A stretch of DNA of 49,018 bases from Campylobacterota bacterium (GCA_034717975.1 JAYEMF010000029.1:4982-53999); one strand, 5' to 3'. Shown: positions 39,162 through 48,982, counted from the stretch's first letter. Notes: generated by a model from the letters alone, not told the origin. A program made the numbers and translations.

Positions 39162-39214
39162 TTGACGATAAAAATATGAAAAACTTGACATATTATCGTC
39201 AATTGTTGTATCAT
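39162..39214 (+). promoter_or_regulatory. sqr sigma-70 promoter with an overlapping inverted repeat
   Basis: TTGACA(39185)-N18-TATCAT(39209); IR ttgacgataa (39162-71) and ttatcgtcaa (39193-202). Confidence 0.55.
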
Positions 39215-39250
39215 TTTCCAATCAGATAACTAATATTAAAAGGCACTATA

Positions 39251-40438
39251 GTGAAAAAAGTATTGATTTTAGGTGGTGGTTTTGCAGGTGTGGAAGCCGC
39301 TATCTATTTGCGTAAGGCCAATATGGATGTTACTTTGGTGAGTGACAGAGATTACTTCTATATCTATCCGACTTCCATCTGGATCCCAACGGGTGAATCC
39401 AGTTTCGAGGATGTCTGTGTTCCTCTGGAAGAGTTGCAAAAAGTGCATGGATTTGAACTGATTATCGATGAGGTGGTATCGATCACTTCGAAAGAGAAGA
39501 AGATCACCCTTAAAAACCAGGGCGATATGGGTTATGAATACCTTGTTATCGCTATGGGTGCGGGTAAAATGAAACACGAAGGGATGGAAAATACGCTCTC
39601 TATCTGTGGTGTACCGGAAGAGTCTGTGCGTATCAAAAAAGAGATCGACAAACTGATAATTAAAGGGAGCGGAAAGATTGCTATGGGCTTTGGCGGAAAT
39701 CCGAATGACAGCTCTGCCGTTCGCGGCGGTCCGGCATTCGAAGTCCTCTTCAATGTCCACAATCAGCTGAAGAAAAAAGGGATCCGCGATAAGTTTGAGC
39801 TGACCTTCTTTGCGCCGATGGCCCAGCCGGGTGCCCGTATGGGACCTCAGGCGCTTAAAATGATGGACATCTTCTTCAGCAAGTTAAATATCAACAAGCA
39901 TTTTGGTAAAAAATTTAAGCGTTTTGAAGAAGATGGCATTATTTTTGAAGATGATAGCAAGCTGGAGAGCGATTTTACGATGTTCATCGCTGCGGGAGAT
40001 GGTCATCCGGTCTTAAAGGCATCGGACCTGCCGCTGAATGATGCCGGGTTCGTTCATATCAATGACTATTGTGAAGTGGAACATGATTTTGATGATGCCC
40101 CGGAAAAATATAATGTTTTTGCCATTGGAGATACCGCCGCACTCGAAGGTCCGGACTGGCGGGCTAAACAGGGACACATCGCCGAGGTGATGGCTCGCAA
40201 TGTCGCTTTCAATATCGCAGCGATGGAGCGTGATGATATCGAGCGAAAAGGGTATGAAGAGCATCTGAATATTCTGTGTGTCATGGACAGTGGTGATGGT
40301 GCAGCTTTTGTCTATCGCGACAGTAAGCGCGGTATGATGATTCCGATGCCCGTTATCGGTCACTGGCTTAAAAAAGGGTGGGGATGGTATTGCCGAAACT
40401 CCAAACTGGACAGGATTCCGAGACTGCCGTTTATGTAA
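39251..40438 (+). CDS. sqr: Sulfide:quinone oxidoreductase (SqrF-like flavoprotein)
   Basis: GGGFAG, AVRGGPAFE, FAIGD, AKQGH, ILCVMD; short SqrF-type length. Confidence 0.8.
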   Translation: MKKVLILGGGFAGVEAAIYLRKANMDVTLVSDRDYFYIYPTSIWIPTGESSFEDVCVPLEELQKVHGFELIIDEVVSITSKEKKITLKNQGDMGYEYLVIAMGAGKMKHEGMENTLSICGVPEESVRIKKEIDKLIIKGSGKIAMGFGGNPNDSSAVRGGPAFEVLFNVHNQLKKKGIRDKFELTFFAPMAQPGARMGPQALKMMDIFFSKLNINKHFGKKFKRFEEDGIIFEDDSKLESDFTMFIAAGDGHPVLKASDLPLNDAGFVHINDYCEVEHDFDDAPEKYNVFAIGDTAALEGPDWRAKQGHIAEVMARNVAFNIAAMERDDIERKGYEEHLNILCVMDSGDGAAFVYRDSKRGMMIPMPVIGHWLKKGWGWYCRNSKLDRIPRLPFM

Positions 40439-40551
40439 TGTCACTACAGGCTTTCAGGCGGTTGGTATATAGTAACAACTTATAATATTTTGTGTCGTTT
40501 CTGTAATAAAACCGTGCTAAATTTCCATTCATCTCAATGAAAGGAAAATAG

Positions 40552-40674
40552 ATGATTTACAGTCCGAAACAGACGCAAAAACGTTGCAATCTGAGCAAGT
40601 TTGAACTGGCGATGGTTAAAAAGCTCAAAAAGAGCCCAAACACCAGATGGATGACAACCAGTTTATTAAAATAA
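40552..40674 (+). CDS. Small basic protein (40 aa), not in ORF track
   Basis: AAGGA RBS, upstream TGCTAAAT; MIYSPKQTQKRCNLSKFELAMVKKLKKSPNTRWMTTSLLK. Confidence 0.55.
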   Translation: MIYSPKQTQKRCNLSKFELAMVKKLKKSPNTRWMTTSLLK

Positions 40675-40836
40675 TATATTAATCCTCATGCCTGTCAGAC
40701 GGGCTTCCCAAGAATTCTCACTTCACTATTCCGACACCCTTATGCAAAATACGTTATAATTGATTAATTTCAAAGAAAAACAGTTTTTAGAAGTGCCCTA
40801 ATATGACCAAGTATCAAACCGTAAAAAAGGAGATAC

Positions 40837-42825
40837 ATGGCAGAAAACAGTATAAATGACATGACACTCTATCAGATACCCATTGATGCGATGTCCGTGA
40901 ATATCGCCGTTTACCGGGCTGAAGGTGATGATTTTATCTTCGTCGATTTTAACAAAGCGGCAGAGAAGACGGAACAGATCAAGAAAGAGAAGCTGATCGG
41001 AAAGCGGTTGACCGAGGTGTTTCCTGGCGTTAAAGAGTTTGGTTTTTGTGAAGTCCTTCAGCGTGTTTATCAAAACGGCGGACATGAAACGTTTGATCTC
41101 AGGTTATATGAAGATGAACGCATCAGCGGTTGGCGGAAAAACGAGATCATCAAGCTGCCTAGTGGTGATATTATGGCGGTCTATGAAGATCTGACGAAAG
41201 AGAAGCAGCTCGAAGAGAGAGTGAAGCAGGTCAACAGCTTTATCGACAGCAGCCAGACGATTGTATTTTTCTGGAGGCCGGAAGACAACTGGCCGGTCGA
41301 GTATGTCTCGAAAAATATAAAAGCATTTGGTTACAGTGCTAAACAGTTTCTCTCCGGAGAGGTGCATTATGCCGATATTATTCATCCTGAAGATCTTCGG
41401 CGAATACGTGAAGAGGTAAAAGAGTATACCCGGAACGGTACGGACAGATTTGTTCAGATATATCGTATCTTAACGGCCGATGGAGAGACACGCTGGATCG
41501 ATGACCGGACTGTCATAGAGCGTGATGGCAGTGGAGAACCGACCCACTACCTAGGGACAGTGGTAGATATCACGGAGCAAAAAGAGGTGGAAAATCGCTT
41601 AAAGCAGAGCGAGGAGAAGTTCCGGACCATTGCCGAAAACTCCCTGATGGGCATTTTTATCTATACCGATCACTACGTCTATGCCAATGAAGCTCTCGCC
41701 GATATGAGTGGCTACAGTATCGAGGAAATCTATCAAATGGAGCCGTGGGAAATGGTAGTTGGACCTGCTCGCGAACAGGTGAAGAAGATTGTATTGAGAC
41801 GGCTCAAAGGTGAAAAATTTCCTCAAGAATATAACGACCTGAAGTTGGTTGATAAAAACGGCGCCATCAAAACGGCACGGGTAATGACCCAAACAATCAA
41901 GTACGGAGACGGATATGCCGGACTGGGTACGATTGTCGATGTCACCGATATCAAAGAGACAAAACAGAAGCTGAAATTGCTGGCCCAGGCGATGGAACAG
42001 ACCGACGAACTGGTACGGATCACCGATAAAAATGGTGTGATCACCTATGTGAATGATGCATTTGTCGCACATACTGGTTATAAACACACAGAACTGATTG
42101 GTCAGAATGCCGGTATGCTGAAATCGGGTGAGCATGACAGGGACTTTTATAAAAAATTATGGGAAACGATTCTGGCCGGGAAGACCTACAGAAATATATT
42201 TGTCAACCGAAAAAAAGATCAAAGTCTCTATTATGAAGAGGAGACGATTACACCGATTTTCGATGAGCGGCAGAATATCCGAAACTTTATCGCTACCGGG
42301 ACAGATATTACCGAGCGAATCAAGATGGAAGCCGAATTGCAGAGGCGTGCGACAACAGACCAGTTGACGGGAGTCTATAATCGCCACAGGGGAAATGAAC
42401 TTATTGAGAGTGAGATTGAACGGGTAAAGCGGTATAAAAGCGGCTTTGCTGTGATCATGTTTGATATCGACAATTTTAAAAAGGTTAACGATACTTACGG
42501 ACATGATACTGGCGATTATGTACTGCGTCAATTAAGTAAGATCGTAGCGATGCAGATTCGTAAAAGTGATGCACTGCTCCGATGGGGTGGTGAGGAGTTT
42601 ATTGTTATTGTTCCGCATATCGGCAAGGATGAGGCGATAGCATTTGCAGAAAAACTTAGAAGTGAGATTGAGGCATACAGATTTGATACAGCAGGGTCTA
42701 TAACCATCAGTGTTGGTGCTTCCGTGCATCAGAAGGATGAAGGTAAATCGTCTCTGCTTAAACGTGTAGATGATGCACTTTATGAAGCAAAAGCTGCCGG
42801 CCGAAACTGTGTAAGATACCGTTGA
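40837..42825 (+). CDS. Multi-PAS diguanylate cyclase
   Basis: Four PAS/PAC repeats; DIDNFK.VND.YGH, RKSD I-site, intact GGEEF. Confidence 0.92.
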   Translation: MAENSINDMTLYQIPIDAMSVNIAVYRAEGDDFIFVDFNKAAEKTEQIKKEKLIGKRLTEVFPGVKEFGFCEVLQRVYQNGGHETFDLRLYEDERISGWRKNEIIKLPSGDIMAVYEDLTKEKQLEERVKQVNSFIDSSQTIVFFWRPEDNWPVEYVSKNIKAFGYSAKQFLSGEVHYADIIHPEDLRRIREEVKEYTRNGTDRFVQIYRILTADGETRWIDDRTVIERDGSGEPTHYLGTVVDITEQKEVENRLKQSEEKFRTIAENSLMGIFIYTDHYVYANEALADMSGYSIEEIYQMEPWEMVVGPAREQVKKIVLRRLKGEKFPQEYNDLKLVDKNGAIKTARVMTQTIKYGDGYAGLGTIVDVTDIKETKQKLKLLAQAMEQTDELVRITDKNGVITYVNDAFVAHTGYKHTELIGQNAGMLKSGEHDRDFYKKLWETILAGKTYRNIFVNRKKDQSLYYEEETITPIFDERQNIRNFIATGTDITERIKMEAELQRRATTDQLTGVYNRHRGNELIESEIERVKRYKSGFAVIMFDIDNFKKVNDTYGHDTGDYVLRQLSKIVAMQIRKSDALLRWGGEEFIVIVPHIGKDEAIAFAEKLRSEIEAYRFDTAGSITISVGASVHQKDEGKSSLLKRVDDALYEAKAAGRNCVRYR

Positions 42826-42906
42826 CACGTTGTTTTAGCTGTATAGATAGTATTTTTACCTATTTTTCGATATAATCGCGATTCTCTTTTTAAAAGCGTT
42901 AGCGTA

Positions 42907-42969
42907 TGAGCCTGCTGCTGAAGCAAACATAGTGTTAGCGTAGTCAAATGGGCTTTGCTCATTTGGCGT
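42907..42969 (+). repeat. 63-bp dispersed structured repeat, copy 2 (in the rpmI 5' leader)
   Basis: 57/63 identical to 26169-26231. Confidence 0.85.
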
Positions 42970-43005
42970 TTTAAAATAGTGACAATTTTGCAAAGGAGTC
43001 AAACG

Positions 43006-43197
43006 ATGCCAAAAATGAAATCAGTTAAAGGCGCTGTAAAGCGTTTTAAAGTGAAGAAAAACGGTTCTGTTAAACGTGGTACAGCTTTCCGCAGCCACAT
43101 TTTGACAAAACAAGATGCAGGGACTCGTCGTAAACAAAATACGCCGAAAACTGTCGCCAAAGTTGACGAAAAAAACATCAAAGCGATGATCAACTAA
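43006..43197 (+). CDS. rpmI: 50S ribosomal protein L35
   Basis: MPKMKS..GA.KRFK...HILTK; AAGGAG RBS. Confidence 0.96.
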   Translation: MPKMKSVKGAVKRFKVKKNGSVKRGTAFRSHILTKQDAGTRRKQNTPKTVAKVDEKNIKAMIN

Positions 43198-43304
43198 GCC
43201 GTAACGTTAAGTTACAACCAACTCTCCAGTGAAGAACTGGGCAAGTCCGTCAAAGATACGGCACCCGAGCACGCTAACGTGACAGGGTAAAGAAAAGGAA
43301 AAAT
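43198..43304 (+). ncRNA. Candidate structured cis-regulatory leader of rplT
   Basis: Outer stem gtaacgtta/taacgtgac enclosing ccagt/actgg and ccgt/acgg stems. Confidence 0.4.
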
Positions 43305-43658
43305 ATGCCAAGAGTAAAAACTGGTGTTGTAAGACGCCGTCGTCATAAAAAAGTACTGAAGCAAGCCAAAGGTTTCTATAGCGGTAGACGTAAACATTTT
43401 CGTAAAGCGAAAGAGCAGCTGGAACGCAGCCTTGTATACGCTTTCCGTGACCGTAAACAGAAAAAACGTGAGTTCCGTAAACTATGGATCATCCGTATCA
43501 ATGCGGCTTGCCGTCTTAATGACATCAACTATTCTCGTTTCATCAACGGCTTGAACAAAGCTGGCATCGAACTTGACCGCAAAATTCTTGCTGATATGGC
43601 AATGAACGACGCTGCAGCATTCTCTGCTGTGGTTGCTCAAGCCAAAGCAGCACTTTAA
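43305..43658 (+). CDS. rplT: 50S ribosomal protein L20
   Basis: [26 protein letters not shown]. Confidence 0.97.
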   Translation: MPRVKTGVVRRRRHKKVLKQAKGFYSGRRKHFRKAKEQLERSLVYAFRDRKQKKREFRKLWIIRINAACRLNDINYSRFINGLNKAGIELDRKILADMAMNDAAAFSAVVAQAKAAL

Positions 43659-43659
43659 T

Positions 43660-43695
43660 CTTTAGGGGAGGAAGACCTCCCCTAAAGTACTTTCT
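43660..43695 (+). terminator. Rho-independent terminator after rplT
   Basis: 12-bp perfect stem ctttaggggagg-aaga-cctcccctaaag followed by a T-rich tail. Confidence 0.8.
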
Positions 43696-43786
43696 CTCAA
43701 AAACAACGTCCCACTTTTAACATTTTTATTTACTACTTTTATTGCAAAAGGTATAATCTTTTTATACTTAAATGAAAAAGAGTGTT

Positions 43787-44410
43787 ATGATTCATGAACT
43801 TTCACACCCGCTAGCCAAAACATTGATCAATAAACTTCGCCAGAGCGAGACGGATGCACTCTGTTTTCGTCACCATGTCGCAGAACTCGCCCGGCTTCTT
43901 TTTTATGAAGCATTCCGTAATGAACCACTCACGGGTACCAATATTACAACATGGCAAGGTGAAGAAAATTTCGGTTTTATTGATGAGCGTGATTTTATTC
44001 TGATACCGATTCTGCGGGCTGGCATGCCGATGCTCGAAGGGCTTAGCGATCTTCTGCCTGAAGCGGCATCGGGTTTTTTGGCAATGAAACGGGATGAAAC
44101 GACCCATAAGGCGGTACTCTATTATAATCGTGTTCCTGATTGCGAGGGAAAAACGGTAGTGCTGCTCGACCCCATGGTGGCAACCGGCGGTTCGCTGGGC
44201 GATGCCATTGATGTGATCAAAGCAAAAAAAGCTCGCAGAATCATTTCGTTGAACCTTATTGGATCGCCTGAAGGGGTCAGCGCCGTTGAAATACGGCATA
44301 GTGATATTGATCTCTATATCGCCCAGGTGGATGAGCGACTCTCAAGTGATAAGTTTATAGTTCCGGGTCTCGGCGATGCCGGAGACCGCGCATACAATAC
44401 ACCGGAGTAG
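43787..44410 (+). CDS. upp: Uracil phosphoribosyltransferase
   Basis: PILRAG, LDPMVATGGS, IVPGLGDAGDR; alternative start at 43772. Confidence 0.95.
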   Translation: MIHELSHPLAKTLINKLRQSETDALCFRHHVAELARLLFYEAFRNEPLTGTNITTWQGEENFGFIDERDFILIPILRAGMPMLEGLSDLLPEAASGFLAMKRDETTHKAVLYYNRVPDCEGKTVVLLDPMVATGGSLGDAIDVIKAKKARRIISLNLIGSPEGVSAVEIRHSDIDLYIAQVDERLSSDKFIVPGLGDAGDRAYNTPE

Positions 44411-44418
44411 AGGAAATC

Positions 44419-44835
44419 ATGAAAAAAAGAGTCACTATTTTAATCCTTCTGTTGCTAACAACCGGAGTCTTCAGCTGGAGTCACTTCTATTATCATGACA
44501 AGTATGTTGAACTGCATGATAAGGCATTGATCATGGAGTATAAAGTGCTTGACAGCGATGTCTGGACGATGGAAAATCGTCAAAAACAGCAAGCGCTCTC
44601 TCAGGATGCATCTTATGACAATATCAGTCGCATCAGGCAAGAGGCAAAGGGTGCCGAGCAGCGAAGTAAAATAGGGTATTGGATTGCGATTATTGCCGGT
44701 CTCGCATCAGCGGGGTATCTGTTCTATTTTTTATGGTTTCTTATCTATGTGGAGATGATCCGGAAGAAAGGGTATATCCGTCTTGTCGAAATGGCAAAAA
44801 AGATGGGGGAATCCTCAAAACTTCCGAAAAGCTAG
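44419..44835 (+). CDS. Hypothetical membrane protein
   Basis: Two hydrophobic segments; GAGGA RBS. Confidence 0.7.
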   Translation: MKKRVTILILLLLTTGVFSWSHFYYHDKYVELHDKALIMEYKVLDSDVWTMENRQKQQALSQDASYDNISRIRQEAKGAEQRSKIGYWIAIIAGLASAGYLFYFLWFLIYVEMIRKKGYIRLVEMAKKMGESSKLPKS

Positions 44836-44853
44836 AAGTGTTGAGCATATGTG

Positions 44854-45564
44854 TTAGTCGATGTTGGTATAGACCGCCTGAACATCATCATCGTCTTCAA
44901 TACGGTCGATGAGGTGTTCGATCTCTTTCATCTGCGATTCAGTGAAGGTCTGAGGGTTGTTGGAAATACGCTGCAGTCCTCCTTTTGTCACTTCGATCTC
45001 CAGTGCTTCAATAGCAGATGAGAGTGTATTGAAGCTGGTGTAGTCACCATAGACATAGACCGTTCCCTCATTCTCGTCCAGCTCTTCGAGTCCGGCATCG
45101 ATCAGTTCCAGCTCAAGCTCTTCGAGGTCCATCTCCTCGGTTTTTTCAAATTCAAAGACCGCTTTACGGGAGAACATAAACTCAAGCGAGCCGTTTTTTA
45201 GGAGCTCACCGCCGGCTTTATTGAAGTAGCTTCGGACATTGGCAACGGTACGGGTATTGTTGTCGGTAGCACATTCGACAAAGAGCAGGGCACCATGAGG
45301 GCCTTTGCCTTCAAAGTTCACCTCGACGATATCGGCGGCATCTTTCCCGGTAGCACGTTTGATCGCCGCTTCAATATTGTCTTTTGGCATATTTTGCGCT
45401 TTGGCATTCTGGATCGCCAGGCGAAGCGGAGGGTTCATATCGGGATCGCCGCCACCCTCTTTGGCCGCCATTGTAATACTCTTGCCCAGTTTTGGGAATA
45501 TTCTGGACATATTGCCCCAGCGTTTCTCTTTTGCAGCTTTACGGTACTCAAATGCTCTTCCCAT
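44854..45564 (-). CDS. yebC: YebC/PmpR-family protein
   Basis: [38 protein letters not shown]; start at ATG 45564 after an AAGGA RBS. Confidence 0.93.
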   Translation of the reverse strand: MGRAFEYRKAAKEKRWGNMSRIFPKLGKSITMAAKEGGGDPDMNPPLRLAIQNAKAQNMPKDNIEAAIKRATGKDAADIVEVNFEGKGPHGALLFVECATDNNTRTVANVRSYFNKAGGELLKNGSLEFMFSRKAVFEFEKTEEMDLEELELELIDAGLEELDENEGTVYVYGDYTSFNTLSSAIEALEIEVTKGGLQRISNNPQTFTESQMKEIEHLIDRIEDDDDVQAVYTNID

Positions 45565-45681
45565 GGTAGACGTTTCCTTTTTTGTAATAGCGAAATTATA
45601 GCTGTTTTGCTTTGCAGAGCTCTTAATGCCGCGCCTTTGCAAGCGATGGTTGTTTAAGCCCGATAGCACTATAATGAGATC

Positions 45682-45912
45682 ATGTTATGTTGTGAAGCCG
45701 GGATCGATACCAGCCGAGATGCGATTATGTTCGCCTCTCTGAGTGATGATGCTCAGATTAAGGCGCTGTTACATATGAAAATCTCCTCTCCCTATGAGAT
45801 CCACTGGGATGTGATGCCCATTGCCCAACTCCCTTACGGTACTGCCGATATGTTTGATCAGGATGATCTTGATCTGCAGGCATTGACCCAGATCGGTTAC
45901 TATCGACTTTAA
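45682..45912 (+). CDS. Hypothetical protein
   Basis: 76 aa ORF, ATG 6 nt after TATAAT. Confidence 0.55.
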   Translation: MLCCEAGIDTSRDAIMFASLSDDAQIKALLHMKISSPYEIHWDVMPIAQLPYGTADMFDQDDLDLQALTQIGYYRL

Positions 45913-46087
45913 ATTTCAGGTCAAATACCGGGCATCATGATGAACTTGATTCCTCTCCTTTTTGCTGCAACTCTTTCATATTTTTATTCCCTTTGATTCT
46001 GAGGTGATCTTAACAGATTAAGAAGTCAGATTAAGCTATAGTTTTGGCTATTATTGAACCTATAAAAAAACAGAGAAAGAAAAAAAA

Positions 46088-46930
46088 ATGAAAAAGATAT
46101 TACTGCTACTCTCCCTTGCTTTAACGCTTGTCGCCGGGGAATATATGAACGGTTTGGAAGCCTATAAAAGAGGTGATTATAAAACAGCACTCCACTTCTG
46201 GCAGCCTTTGGCTGAAGCGGGTGATGCTGGTGGGCAGTGGAGCCTTGGAACGATGTATCGTAAAGGGCATGGTGTATCAAAAGATAATGAAAAAGCTTTT
46301 TTCTGGTTCCAAAAGGCGGCAAAACAGGGTGACATGGATGGAGAGTATAGTCTTGGGAAAATGTATCGAAACGGAAAAGGTGTCGAACAAGATTACGAAA
46401 TAGCTGCTTACTGGTTTTTCAAGGCGGCTGAACAAGGCAGCGGTAAAGCACAGTACAGTCTGGGTGTGATGTATTACAATGGTTATGGCGTCTCACAGGA
46501 TCATAAAAAAGCTGTTCAGTGGTTCAGGGAAGCGGCCAGACAAGGCAGTTCAAAAGCACAATTCAGTCTGGGTGTGATGTATTACAATGGGTATGGTGTC
46601 TTGAGAGACCATAGAAGCGCTTTTGAGTGGTATAAGAGGGCAGCTGAACAAGGTGATATTAAATCACAAAAGAAGCTTATTGCAATGTACCGTAGTGGTC
46701 ATGGTGTCGGACAGAGTGATGAAAAAGCACTTTACTGGCACATAAAAACAGCTGAACAAGGAGATGCTGCGTCACAATCTGAGCTTATGAAGATGTATTG
46801 TATGGGCCAAGGTGTTTCAGAAGATCTCCACAAATGTGCTTATTGGGCAGAGAAAGCATACAATAATGGTGAAGATGTTAAAAATATGTGGAATAAGTTT
46901 GAGCTTTGGAAATATAAAAAGAGTAACTAA
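46088..46930 (+). CDS. Secreted Sel1-like repeat protein
   Basis: Signal peptide; about six AQYSLGVMY..G.GV.QD..KA..WF.KAAEQG repeats. Confidence 0.92.
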   Translation: MKKILLLLSLALTLVAGEYMNGLEAYKRGDYKTALHFWQPLAEAGDAGGQWSLGTMYRKGHGVSKDNEKAFFWFQKAAKQGDMDGEYSLGKMYRNGKGVEQDYEIAAYWFFKAAEQGSGKAQYSLGVMYYNGYGVSQDHKKAVQWFREAARQGSSKAQFSLGVMYYNGYGVLRDHRSAFEWYKRAAEQGDIKSQKKLIAMYRSGHGVGQSDEKALYWHIKTAEQGDAASQSELMKMYCMGQGVSEDLHKCAYWAEKAYNNGEDVKNMWNKFELWKYKKSN

Positions 46931-46939
46931 CGAGTAGAG

Positions 46940-48780
46940 TGGTGCGCACGGCCACTTCTATTATAGCTATAGAACCCTATCTATAGGGGTTTAAATGACA
47001 GTGGTTTTAAAAAAGGTAACATATAGGTAACGCACTACATCTTTTTGAATAGCAAATTAAAATTTTAAGCACACCCATTTTACAAATAACTACACATAGT
47101 GTGTACAATTAAATTATACACACTATGCAAATAACAACTTTGTAATTAAAATACATAAGCCCCTATTCTAGGCCTAGAGATAAGTTTACACACAAATAAT
47201 TAGTATATAATTCTACAAATTGTAGAAAAAGAGATCTCATTATGGATGCAAATAAACTCCAACTTATCAAACCAGATTTTGACGATCCAATTACAGAGTT
47301 AGTAATGGAGCTTGATCATTTACGGAAAAAGCAATTAAGTGGTAGTGCTCATCCTTTTATGTTTGAGCAGCTAAAACGCCTTTTCCATATCTTGGAAAGT
47401 GTTGATTCTGCTCGCATTGAGGGGAATAGAACAACTGTTGCAGAGTATGTAGAGCAAAGCTTACATGATGATCCTGAGACTGAGGACACGAGACAGATCA
47501 CCAATGTAGAGGATGCGCTGCAATACATAGAAGAGCATGTAGATGAAATTGAAATAAACCATCACTGCATAAAAGAACTTCATGAATTAGTTGTGGCTGA
47601 CCTATCGACAGCTAGAGGTGGAGAGGGAGATCGTACTCCTGGAGAGTATCGTACTTCTGATGTTATTATCGCTCAGGCAGCGCATATTCCGCCAAGTTTC
47701 ATGCAGGTGCAAAACTATATGGATGAACTGGTTGAGTTTATCAACCGGAATGATCCTAAACAATATGATCTCATTAAGGTTGCGATGGCTCATCATCGCT
47801 TTGTATGGATACACCCGTTCAAAAATGGAAATGGGCGTACTGTAAGGCTATTGACTTATGTAATGTTGGCAAAGTCTGGTTTCAATGTCACAGCTAATCG
47901 ATTGATTAATCCAGCTGCTGTTTTTCATGCTGATAGAGACTTGTATATGGAAATGCTTGATAAAGCAGATGATTATAAAGATGCAAGCATAAAAAAATGG
48001 TGTCTATATTTTCTGGACGGTTTAAAAAGTGAAATTGAAAAAATAGACAAGTTAACCGACCACGCTTACTTGATGAACCGAGTATTGATACCTAGTCTAA
48101 GGTGTGCACTTGATCGTAAAAATATTACTCTGGAAGAATATGAAGTAATGTCCCTTGCTTGTGAAAGACAAGAGATTAAAGCAGCTGATGTCAAAGAAGT
48201 CCTAGGTATTGCTGACTCTTCCAAGGTTAGTCGCTTGATCAGGAGTATGAAAGACAAAGGCATGTTAGATAATGCGTTAGGAGCCGAACGTATTTATGTC
48301 CCTGTACTTTTCAACTCTTTCGTATTCCGATGCATACTAGGTGCTTTGAGAGAAGAAGGATTCACTTCGGCAGAATAGTTGTTAGTCAGCGGAAAGCAAC
48401 TTTTTCACTCCGCTGTCGTTCCCTTCACCACACCCTTACCAAATTAATTACCCATCCCCTTAGCCGCCAATATCGCTTGCCGCCCCCAAAGGGTGGGCTA
48501 CGGGGAACTTTTTAGCGAAAGTATCTCAAACTGATGAGATATTGCACTCTATACTTGAACGGGCATAACTCGGAAATGCTCCACTATGTGAACTTATGTA
48601 ACGTGATTTTATATACGAAAATGATGTCAGAGTGTGATAGTGACGTAAATTGTGTGGATAGGGGACACCCAACTTAACCTTAAAGAAGTAAAAGACAAAA
48701 TCTTGAAGCCATAGGTATTAGAAATAATTTTTAGAATTGGCGGAATTTATAATGTTGTTTTCTGAAAGATGGTGCGCACG
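46940..48780. mobile_element. tRNA-Leu(CAG)-anchored genomic islet remnant
   Basis: 11-bp direct repeat tggtgcgcacg at 46940-46950 and 48770-48780 (tRNA 3' end); AT-rich interior; no integrase. Confidence 0.65.
47242..48378 (+). CDS. Fic-family protein (class II) with a probable C-terminal winged helix
   Basis: HPFKNGNGRTVR catalytic loop; N-terminal inhibitory SARIEGN motif. Confidence 0.92.
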   Translation: MDANKLQLIKPDFDDPITELVMELDHLRKKQLSGSAHPFMFEQLKRLFHILESVDSARIEGNRTTVAEYVEQSLHDDPETEDTRQITNVEDALQYIEEHVDEIEINHHCIKELHELVVADLSTARGGEGDRTPGEYRTSDVIIAQAAHIPPSFMQVQNYMDELVEFINRNDPKQYDLIKVAMAHHRFVWIHPFKNGNGRTVRLLTYVMLAKSGFNVTANRLINPAAVFHADRDLYMEMLDKADDYKDASIKKWCLYFLDGLKSEIEKIDKLTDHAYLMNRVLIPSLRCALDRKNITLEEYEVMSLACERQEIKAADVKEVLGIADSSKVSRLIRSMKDKGMLDNALGAERIYVPVLFNSFVFRCILGALREEGFTSAE

Positions 48781-48854
48781 AGAAGACTTGAACTTCCACA
48801 CCCGAAGGCACATGAACCTGAATCATGCGTGTCTACCAATTTCACCACGCGCGC
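48770..48854 (-). tRNA. tRNA-Leu (CAG)
   Basis: Reverse complement folds as an 85-nt cloverleaf with long variable arm, anticodon loop TTCAGGT, encoded CCA. Confidence 0.95.
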
Positions 48855-48897
48855 ATAAAGTAGAAAATAATTTGTGAGTATAATTTATAAAAAAAGG

Positions 48898-48982
48898 TGG
48901 TGCGGACGAGAGGACTTGAACCTCCACACCTTGCGGCACCAGATCCTAAGTCTGGCGTGTCTACCAATTCCACCACGTCCGC
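48898..48982 (-). tRNA. tRNA-Leu (TAG)
   Basis: 85-nt cloverleaf, anticodon loop CTTAGGA, encoded CCA. Confidence 0.95.

Noticed and set aside
42955..43005. N-terminal extension of L35 in the ORF track (and the similar extensions of yebC, the PAS gene and the REC-GGDEF gene)
   Set aside because: Downstream ATGs have clear RBSs and match the family N-termini; the extensions come from longest-ORF calling.
46430..46600. Near-identical DNA repeat cagtctgggtgtgatgtattacaatgg in the Sel1 gene
   Set aside because: Explained by ordinary 36-aa Sel1 repeat duplication.
48534..48677. 47-aa ORF with LNGHNSEMLHY as a tyrosine-integrase C-terminal remnant
   Set aside because: GH-to-Y spacing is shorter than usual and no HxLR motif precedes it; too weak to call.
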